A stretch of 64,000 bases of DNA, taken from positions 10,294,001-10,358,000 of the forward strand of contig CM075992.1 of the NCBI GenBank assembly GCA_038087875.1. Direction: 5' to 3'. A program made the translations under genes and the position numbers. Position 1 is the stretch's first letter. Every line of letters starts with the position of its first letter. Of the stretch, positions 53,589 to 64,000 are shown piece by piece. Below the pieces are notes generated by a model that worked only from the letters and a program-made list of their open reading frames with translations, did not search any database and was not told the DNA's origin. Source of the stretch: Malacoraja senta. Lineage: Eukaryota.

Positions 53589-56500
53589 ATGCCCGACCAA
53601 TTCTACACATTGCATTCAGTGGCACGTGCAAAATATTGCACCAATGACTTATTCTCATTTCTGATGCCGCAAATTTCAAAATAGCAACCTGCCTACTCTT
53701 GTTCAAGACGCCGCCATCCACTATTCGTTGCTGAATTGCCATTCCGAAATAATATTAGCTAATTTTAAAACCTCTCGCACTAATCGATGTTATTTTATTG
53801 CTGTTGCCGCTACTCCCATATTTTGCACTGTTTAAACACCCCCCCACACACACACACTCCACCTCCCCGGTTCTTGCCGTATCTCAAGGAAGAACTTTAT
53901 CTATTTCAATGAACACATTTTAATGCTGGTGCAGAACATTGCTTCACGATCCATCGGTTTCTCCATGCATGTATTGGGAACAAAACGTCCCATGAAAGGC
54001 ATCGAGCCTTGTTGAACCACGACCCGTCGAGCCCGAGGTCATAGCCCTCACTCACAAAGCGATACTGGGAAAAGATGCAGCGTCCCAGAAGATATCATAT
54101 GTAATAATGAGGCAGGTAACGACACAAAGCAAGGCTCGTTTTGAAGGCAGGGTGAACCCCGCCGTGTATGAAGTAGGACAGCAGGCCATGTTCCACGTCA
54201 TGCGATTTAACGTATTCTTATCACCTAGATTCTCATGGTGAATATCCATGGAACACTGAGCAAGCCATGGAGCAGTCATAGACCGAAACAGGGGCTTTGT
54301 CCCAAGTCGCCCATGCCAACCAATAAGCCTATATATACTAATCCTATTTGAAGGCATTTGTACCATCTGCACATAACGAAAACTCTGATCTTGTTTCTTC
54401 CGGATTGCGCAGTTTTCTATTTGCGTGAAACAGCATGAGATAGCGCGATGATTTTTCGCCACCTCACTCATCGTTCTAATGTTATGTGAGTGGATTACGT
54501 TTAGTTCCGATCGGTGGCACATTGTGAAAGATAGCGAGGTTTAAACATCTTAAAAACCGCGCTTGCGCAGATCGATCTCCTCTCATGCCAATCAGCAACC
54601 CGCGGATTAGTTTCTTCTCCTGCCACTCCTGGGACAGTCCACACCATCCTCCGCGATCGCGTCATTACTTGAGCTGAGGGGCGCTCTGAATTGACGGCGG
54701 AGGTTTCCAACTGGACACAATTTTCGGAGGGCTGGCGCGGCGCGGAGTCGGAAATGTCGGCAATGTCAACAAACGGAAAGCGGAGACTTTTATCCCGGCG
54801 GAGGAGAACGACCTGCGACCAGCGCTTGCTGTGGGTCCCCATCGCACCGCCAGGTCCAGCCCCCTCCCTCGCACAACCCGCGCTGGCTCCTGCCGCCCTC
54901 CCCGTGATACCCTCCTCTCCCCATGGCTATTTCCCCGTATTTACTCCGAGCTCACTGCCACCCCGGCCACACACACCATTCCTACCATAGCCCCTCCCCG
55001 CCCACACCCCCCCTCCACCCACAAAGTCCCCGCCCCCATACCCCTTCCCCCACAACCCCCTCCCACCACCACACCCTTCCCTCCCACAATCCCATCGCCC
55101 CCTCAAACCCCTCCGCCCCTATAACCCCCCGCACATTCACCACTCCCCCGCCTACACATCCCTCCACGCCATAACCCCCCGCCCACACACCATTCCCCGA
55201 CAACGTCCCACGCGCATCCCTCCGCTCCGCTCGAAGACCCCCTCTGCCCCACACCCCCCGCCCACACGCCCCTCCCACAAACATACCCCCTTCCCAAAAC
55301 ATCCCCGCCCTCACAGCCTCTACCCCCATAAGCCCCCGCCCACATATACCTCCTACCCCCACATACCCCCGCACCAACACACTCCCCAGCCCTCACAACC
55401 CTTCCGCGCACACACAAACGCCCCTCCCACTCACCCGCCCTCTTAAATCCCTCCTCCGCCGCTCCCACACACCTTTCGCACACATACACAGCTCCCTTCG
55501 CAACCCACACCGCAACCGCCACCCCCTCCCCTCAGGCAGCGAGGGAGGAAGTGGAGAGGGCTCCGGTGGAGAGAAATGGGAGGGTGATAGTGAGGGAGAG
55601 GGTGGAGAGGGTGGAGGGGGAGGGCGAGGGGAGTAGAGAGGGAGGGGCGGTAGTGAGTGTGGTGGTAGAGAGGGAGCGGGGGTAGAGAGGGAGTGAGGTA
55701 GAGAGGGAGGTGGTAGAGAGGGAGGTGGCATGGAGGGGCGTGCAGAGAGGGAGGGGGAAGAGAGGGCCAGGGGTAGAGAGGGAGGAGGGGTACAGAGGGA
55801 GGGGAGGTGGGTAAAGAGGGAGGAGTAGGGGTTAGAGAGGGAGGGGTAAGCGGGCGCACGGCGTATGAGGGGAGGACTTGTCCCCAAACTAAATACCACA
55901 CACCTATAGGTCCCAATACTCACCACTCCCTGGAGAAGGAGGGAGGTAGTGAGGGAGTGGTGGTAGAAAGGCAGGGATGGTAGAGAGGGAAAGGGGTATA
56001 GAGGGAGGGGGCATAGAGGGAGAGAGGGCAGAGGGGGGCAGAGAGAGAGACGATGGCAGAGAGAGAGATAGGGACGATAGAGTGAGAGGGCAGAGAGAGA
56101 TGACAGAGACGGGGGAAGAGAGAGACGACAGGCGGAGCGTGAGGGAAGAGAGGGCAGAGAGCAGAGAGAGGGCAGAGAGGGGAGAGAGATCAGAGAGGGA
56201 GAGAGGGATGATAGACCCGAGGGAGAGGGCAGAGAGGGATGAGAAGACAGGGAGAGAGAGGGCCGAGAGACATAAGGCAGAGAGTGAGAACGAGGGCAGA
56301 GAGAGAGAGAGTCAGATAGAGACAGAGAGCAGAGAATGATAGAGAGTGGGCAGAGCGAGAAAGGGCAGGGAAAAGAGAGAGGAGGCAGCGAGATGCAGAC
56401 AGAGAGAGAGAGTGAGGTTCAGAGATAGAGAAGCAGAGAGAGATGCAGAGAGAGGCAGAGAGAGAGAGGCAGAGAGAGAGAAAGAGGCAGAGGGAGGCAG

Positions 56501-56611
56501 AGAGAGGCAGAGCGAGACAGATAGAGGCAGGGATAAGCAGAGATAGGCAGCGAGGCAGAGAAGCAGAGAGGCCGAGAGGCAGAGAGAGCAGAGCGAGAGA
56601 GGCAGAGAGGG

Positions 56612-56802
<191 letters not shown>

Positions 56803-57044
56803 ATAGAGAGGGAGGCAGAGTGAGAAAGCGGGGCAGGAAGAGAGAGAAGCAGTCAGACAGAGGCACAGAAAGAGGCGGAGAGAGAGAGAGAGGCACAGAG
56901 AGAGAGAGAGACGCAGAGTGAGAGAGAGTCAGGGAGAGACACGCATAGAGGCAGAGAGAGGCAGAGAGAGGCAGAGAGGGAGAGGGGGAGGCAGAGAGAG
57001 ATAGAGAGATATATAGATAGATACATCGATAGATAGATCGAAAA

Positions 57045-57145
<101 letters not shown>

Positions 57146-57179
57146 GAGTGACAGGGAGAGAGAGCGAGAGGGGGGAGAC

Positions 57180-57212
<33 letters not shown>

Positions 57213-57215
57213 TGA

Positions 57216-57309
<94 letters not shown>

Positions 57310-58379
57310 GAGAGAGAGGGGGAGATAGAGAGAGAAAAGCTCCACCGGCGGCTTATTTTTCGGCGCAGGCCACGGCCCCATTCCAAGCCACGGGCACCGC
57401 CCTCTCTCCCCTCCATGCACTGCTCCAGCCCAGGCCCAGCCACCGCATCGGAGCGCGGGCGGGCGTCGATGAACCTGACACCTGCTCGTCATAGGTTCCA
57501 TCGGCAGCTTCTTTTTCTGCGCCGGTTGCGGCCCCAACCCAAGCCCCGAGCACGGGCCCTCACTCCAGCTCCAGGCTCTGGTCCAGACCAGGCCCAATCG
57601 CCGGGTTATGCCCGCGGTAGTAGACTTCCCACCAGGGAGCGGACGGGCGTCGACGACCCTGACACATGCTCATCCTTGGTTCACCGGCGGCGTCTTTTTC
57701 GGCGCCGGTCACGGCCCCATCCCAAGCACCGAGCTTCAAAATGACGTTGGAGAGCTTGAGTACCCCTTCCACGCGGAGTGTCCCGTCGTGCCTTGCGGGT
57801 CTATTGTGACGGCAGTCACTCCCGCACACTAACCAACCCCCACACAGACACACTAATCCCCCCTTGATATTATATTAATATTATTAATTTGCTCCCTTTT
57901 CCCCCCATCACCCGCCCTATCCACTCACTCATAGACCCCACCTGCGCAGGCGCGGTTAGAGAGGGCGAGGAGGGGTGGGGGGTAGAGATGGAGAGGGAGC
58001 GGGTAGAGAGGGAGAGGGTGAGGGGTGTAGAGAGGGAGTGTAGAGGGAAGGAGTGGGGGTAGAGATTGATGGGTAGGTGGGGCGCAAGGCGTAAAAGGGG
58101 ATGGCTGGTCCCCGAACGCAATACTCCACCACTCACCCGTAGGTCCCTATACTCACCACTCCCTAGAGAGGGGGGGGTGGAGATGTAGAGGGGGGCAGAG
58201 AGGGTGGGGGGCAGAGAAGGCAGTGAGGGAGGGGGCAGAGAGGGAGGGGGAAGGAGGGGGCAGAGAGGGCAGTGAGGGAGGGGGCAGAGAGGGAGGGGGA
58301 AGAGAGGGAGTGGGGGCAGAGAAGGAGGGAGGTAGAAAGGGAGGGGGCGAAAAGGGAGGTGGGGTAAAGAGGGAGAGTT

Positions 58380-61300
58380 CATGCAGCAAGGCCAACCTCA
58401 CAGCCACCAGAGTGCAGGCAGCAAGTCCAACCTCACAGCACTCTAAGCAGAGTGCAGCCAGCAAGTCCAACCTCACAGCACTCCAAGCATAGTGCAGGCA
58501 GCAAGTCAAACCTCATAGCACTCCAAGCAGAGTGCAGGCAGCACGTCGAACCTCGCAGCACTCCAAGTAGATAGTAGGCAGCAAGTCTTACAGCACTCCA
58601 AGCAGAGTGCAGGAAGCAAGTCCAACCTCACAGCATTCGACGCTGAGTGCAGGAAGCAAGTCCAAACTCACAGAAAGCAGATTGCAGGCAGAAAGTCCAA
58701 ACTCACAGCACTCTTAGCAGAGTGCAGGCAGCACGTCCAAACACACAGCACACCACGCAACGTGCAGGCGGCAGGTCCAACTTCACAGCACTCCAAGAAG
58801 AGTACAGGCAGCAATTCGAACATCACAGCACTCCAAGCGGAGAGCAGGCAGCAAGCCCAACCTCACAGCACTACAAGCAGAGTGCAGGCAGCAAATCCAA
58901 CCTCACAACACACCAAGCAGTGTGCAGGCTGCAAGTCCAAAGTCACAGCCCTCCAAGGAGAGGGAAGGCAACAAGTCCAACCTTACAGCACTCCAAGCGG
59001 AGTGCAGGCAGCAGGTCCAAACTCACGGCTCTCGAAACTGATTGCGGGCAGCAAGTCAAACCTCACAGCCAGCAGAATGCAGGCAGAAAGTTCAACCGCA
59101 CACCACTCCAAGCAGAGAGCAGGCAGCAAGTCCAACCTCACAACAATCCAAGCAGTGTGGAGGCAGCAAGTCCAACTTAACAGCCCTCCAAGCATAGTGC
59201 AGGCAGCAAGTCCAAACCTACTGCACCCCAAGCAGAATTCAGGCAGCACGTCCAACCTCACAGCGCTCCAAGCAGAGTGCAGGCAGTAAGTCCAACCTCA
59301 CAGCACTCGAAACTGAGTGCAGTCAGCAAGCCCAAACTCGCAGCGAGCAGATTGCAGGCAGCAAGTCCAACCTCACAGCACTCCAAGTAGAGTGCAGGTA
59401 GCAAGTCCAACCTCACAGCACACCAAATAGGGAGCAGGCAGCAAATCCTAAGACACAGCAGTCCAAGCAGAGTGCAGGCAGCAAGTCAAACCTCACAGCA
59501 CTCCAAGAAGTGTACAGGCAGCAAGTCCAACTTCGCAGCCATCAAAGTTCAGGCAGCAGGTCCAACCTCACAGCACACCAAGCAACGTGCAGGCAGCAAA
59601 TCCAACCTCACAGCTCACCAAGCAGAGAGTGGGCAGCAATTCGAACATCACAGCAATCCAAGCAACGTGCAGGCAGCAAATCCAACCTCACAGCTCTCCA
59701 CGCAGAGAGTGGGCAGCAATTGGAACATCACTGCACTCCAAGCGGAAATAAGGCAGCAAGCCCAACCTCACAGCACTACATTAAGAGTGCAGGCTGCAAA
59801 TCCAACCCCACAGCACTCCAAGCAGTCTGCACTCCAAGCGGAAATAAGGCAGCAAGCCCCAACCTCACAGCACTACATTAAGAGTGCAGGCTGCAAATCC
59901 AACCCCACAGCATTCCAAGCAGTTTGCAGGTTGGCAAGTCCAACGTCACAGCCCTCCACGCATAGTGCAGGCAGCAAGTCCAACCTCACAGCAAGCAGAT
60001 TGCAGGCAGCAAGTCCAACCTAACAGCAATCCAAGCGGAGAGTAGGTAGCAAGCCCAACCTCACAGCACTACGAGCAGAGTCCAGGCATCAAATCCAACC
60101 CCACAGCAAACCAAGCAGGGTGCAGGCTGCAAGTACAATGTCACAGCACTCCAAGCAGAGTGCAGGCAGCAAGTCCAACCTCACAGCACACCAAGCAGAG
60201 TGCAGGCAGCAATTTCACAATCACAGCATTCTCCGCTTTGTGAAGGCAACAAGTCCAACCTTACAGCACTCCAAGCACAGGGCAGGCTGCAGGTCCAACC
60301 TCACAGCACTCGAAGCAGACTGCAGGCGGTAAGTCCAAACTCACAGAAACCAGATTGCAGGCAGAAAGTCCAAACTCACAGCACTCCAAGCAGAGTGCAG
60401 GCAACAAGTCCAAACTCACAACACTCCAAGCAGAGTGCAGGCAGCAAATCCAACCTCACAGCACACCAAGCATAGTGCAGGCAGCAGGTTGAACCTCCCA
60501 GCACTCCAAGCAGATTGCAGGCAGTCAAGTCCAACCTCACAGCCAGCAGAATGCAGGCAGCAAGTCCAAACTCACAGCACTCCAAGCAGAGTGCAGGCTG
60601 CAAGTCCAACCTCACAGCACTCCAAGCAGAGTGCAGGCAGCATGTCCTACCTCACAGCACACCAAATAGGGAGCAGGCAGCAAGTCCGAAGTCACAGCAG
60701 TCCAAGCAGAGTGCAGGCAGCATGTCAAACCTCACAGCACTCCAAGAAGAGGCAGGTAGCAAGTCAAACCTCACAGCCAGCAAAGTTCAGGCAGCAGGTC
60801 CAACCTCACAGCACTCCAAGCATCGTGCAGGCAGCAATATCCAACCTCACAGCTCTCCAAGCAGAGAGTGGGCAGCGATTCTAACATCACAGCACTCCAA
60901 GCGGTGAGCAGGCAGCAAGCCCATTTACTGCACTACAAGCAGAGTGCCGGCAACAAATCTAACCCACAACACACCAAGCAGTGTGCAGGCTGCAAGTCCA
61001 ACGTCACAGCCCCCCAAGCAGAGCGCAGGCAACAAGTCCAACCCTACAGCACTCCAAGCGGAGTGCAGGCAGCAGGTCCAACCTCACGGCTCTCGAAACT
61101 GAGTGCTGGCAGCAAGTCAAACCTCACAGCCAGCAGAGTGCCGGCAGCAAGTTCAACCGCACAGCACTCCAATGCAGAGAGCAGGCAGCAAGTCCAAACT
61201 CACAGCACTCCAAGCAAAGTGGAGGCAGAAATTCCAACCTCACAACACTCCAAGCATAGTGCAGGCAGCAAGACCAACATCACAGCGCTCCAGGCAACGT

Positions 61301-62980
61301 GCAGGCAGCAAGTCCAAACTCACAGCACTCGAAGCAGAGTGCAGGGAGCAAGTCCAACCTCACAGCAGTCGAAGCAGAGTGCAGGCAGCAAGTCCAGCCT
61401 CACAGCACTCCAAGAAGAGTCAAAATTCACAGCATTCCATGCCAGTGAGATGACAGCAAATCCAACCTCACAGCACTCGAAGCAGAATGCAGGCAGCACG
61501 TCCAACCTAACAGCACACCAAGCAGGGTGCAGGAAGCAAATCCAACCACGCAGCACTCCAAGCAGAGTGCAGGCAGCAAGTCCAACCACACAGCATTCCA
61601 AGCTGTGTGCAGGCAACAAGTCCAACTTACAGCACCCCAAGCAGTGTGCAGGCTGCAGGTCCAACGTCAAAGCCCTCCAAGCAGAGTGCAGGCAGCAAGT
61701 CCAACTTCACAGCACTCGAAGCAGAGTGCAGGCAGCAAGCCCAGCCTCACAGCCCTCCTGCAGTGAGCAGAAAGCAAGTCCAACCTCACAGCACTCCAAG
61801 CAGAATGCAGGCAGCACGTCCTACCTAACAGCACATCAAGCAGAGTGCAGGAAGCAAATCCAACCAAACAGCACTCCAAGCAGAATGCAGGCAGCAAGTC
61901 AAACTCACAGCACATCAAGCAGAATGCAGGCAGGAAGTCCAACCTCACAGCATTCCAAGCTGTGTGCAGGCAACAAGTCCAACCTTACAGCATTCGATGC
62001 AGAGGGCAGGCAGCAAGTCCAAACTCAGAGAAAGCAGAAAGTCCAAACTCACAGCACTCCAAGCAGCGTGCAGGCAGCAAGTCCAAACTCACAGCACTCG
62101 AAGCAGAGTGCAGGCAGCAAGTCCAACCTCACAGCACACCAAGCAGAATGCAGGCAGCAAGTCCAACTCACAGCACACCAAGCATAGTGCAGGCAGCAGA
62201 TCGAACCTCCCAGCACTCCAAGGCAGAGAGCAGGCAGCAAGTCCGGAGTCACAGCGGTCCAAGCAGAGTGCAGGCAGCAAGTCAAACCTCACAGGACTCC
62301 AAGAAGATTGCAGGTAGCACGTCAAACCTCACAGCCAGCGGAATTCAGGCAGCAGGTCAACCTCACAGCACCAAGCAACGTGCAGGCAGCAAATCCAACC
62401 TCACAGCTCTCCAATGAGAGAGTGGGCAGCAATTCGAACATTACAGCACTCCAAGCAGAGAGCAGGCAGCAAGTCCAACCTCACAGCACTACAAGCAGTG
62501 CGCATGCAGCAAGCCCAGCCTCACAGCACTCCAAGAAGTGTGCAGGCTGATAGTCCTAACTCACAGCACTCCAATCACAGCGCAGGCAGCAAATCCAACC
62601 TCACAGCTGTCCAAGCAGATTGAGGCAGCAAGACCAAATTCACAGCACTCCAAGCAGTGTGCAGGCAGCAAGTCCAAACTGACAGCACTCCAAGCAGAAT
62701 GCAGGTAGCAAGTCCAACCTGACTGCACACCAAGCAGAGTGCAGGCAGCAAGTCGAACCTAACAGCACACCAAGCAGAGTGCAGGCAGCAAGTAGAACCT
62801 AACAGCAAACCTAGCAGAGTGCAGGCAGCAATTCGCACCTAACAGCAAACCTAGCAGAGTGCAGGCAGCAAGTACAACCTCACAACAATCCAAGCAGAGT
62901 GCAGGTAGCAAGTCCAACCTCACAGAACACCAAGCGAAGAGCAGGCCAGCAAGTCCAATTCAACACCATTTCAAGCAGAG
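58380..62980. repeat. 40-bp tandem satellite, roughly 115 diverged monomers
   Basis: Consensus GCAGGCAGCAAGTCCAACCTCACAGCACTCCAAGCAGAGT. Confidence 0.97.
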
Positions 62981-62982
62981 TG

Positions 62983-63474
62983 CACACACATACACTCACA
63001 CACACACAAACACCCACACACACAGACACTCACAGTCACGCACACACAGGCACACTCAGACACACAGAAACACACACAGCTACACACAGACACACGCACA
63101 AATACACACAAACACATACAGACACACACACACGCATAAACACGTACACACACTCACACAGACAAACACACAGACAGACACACAGACAGACACAGACAGA
63201 AACACAGACAGAAACGCAGACAGAAACACAGGACACACAGACAGACACACAGACAGACACAGACAGAAACACAGACAGAAACGCAGACAGAAACACAGAC
63301 ACACAGACAGACACACAGATACAATGACACACAGACAGACACACGCCCACAGACAGGCACACGCACAGACAGACAGACACATACACAGACAGTCACACGC
63401 ACAGGCAGTCGCACAGACAGACTCACGCACAGACAGACACACGCACAGATAGACACACACACACCACATAGACA

Positions 63475-63564
<90 letters not shown>

Positions 63565-63602
63565 CACACACGCATGCAAATACACGCTCACGCAGACACA
63601 CC
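62983..63602. repeat. (CA)n/(CAGA)n degenerate microsatellite
   Basis: Direct inspection. Confidence 0.95.
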
Positions 63603-63819
63603 ATACATATGGTAGTAAACGTTTTTAAATATCAAACGGCTGAGCGCGGCTACTCCAATTTGGCCTTCCGCAGTCAGCAACACTGCCACATTCAGCAAGA
63701 CCTCTGCACTCACCGTAAATGACGCAATCAGCGTAAGCAGTCCACTAAGCGGAAATCACGAAATAAGCGGGTCCTTTGCTGAAAACACGGTCGGGACCTA
63801 GTAAAGCGTTTATTCCTTC

Positions 63820-64000
63820 CAGGCACAGTTGCAATTGCCACACAGTTGCAAAAGCCACACATTTGCAATAGCCACACAGTTGCAATAGCCACACATTTCA
63901 ATAGCCAAACATTTCAATAGGCACAGCTGCAACAGGCACAGATGCAAAAAGCACTGTTGCTAAAGGCACAGTTGCAAAAGGCACAGTTGCAACAGGCACA
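63820..64000. repeat. 15-17-bp tandem repeat continuing beyond the window
   Basis: Units g(c)cacacagttgcaatag and ggcacagttgcaacag. Confidence 0.9.

Noticed and set aside
58380..62980. Long ORFs (e.g. 439 aa at 60868-62187) or a CRISPR-like array in the 40-bp repeat
   Set aside because: The ORFs arise from a stop-poor repeat in all frames. There are no unique spacers and no cas genes, and the context is eukaryotic.
62859..63604. His/Thr-rich and Cys/Val-rich ORFs
   Set aside because: Translations of the CA/GT microsatellite; likewise 35457-36071.

Overview
Repeat-saturated vertebrate genomic DNA, most likely a cartilaginous fish (skate, ray or shark). That assignment is inferred from abundant CR1/HER1-type LINEs plus an HE1-like V-SINE. 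No host protein-coding gene, rRNA, tRNA or CRISPR could be recognised. The window is a graveyard of nested mobile elements: Rex1/Babar, CR1 and L1-clade LINEs; a Penelope-like element with a degenerate hammerhead motif; a DIRS1-type tyrosine-recombinase retroelement with intact ITR/ICR ends, interrupted by an L1; a BEL/Pao element interrupted by a CR1 that is itself interrupted by a Gypsy element; a young CR1 with an open 638-aa RT frame; a probable endogenous-retrovirus 5' end; a long-TIR foldback/Mutator-like element running into a 200-N gap; and a CGGBP1-related hAT with an 8-bp TSD. The right end holds tail-to-tail Helitron-like elements inside a ~6.4-kb tandem duplication and a 4.6-kb 40-bp satellite with higher-order structure. 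Family assignments come from motif recognition by eye, and boundaries of degraded fragments are approximate.
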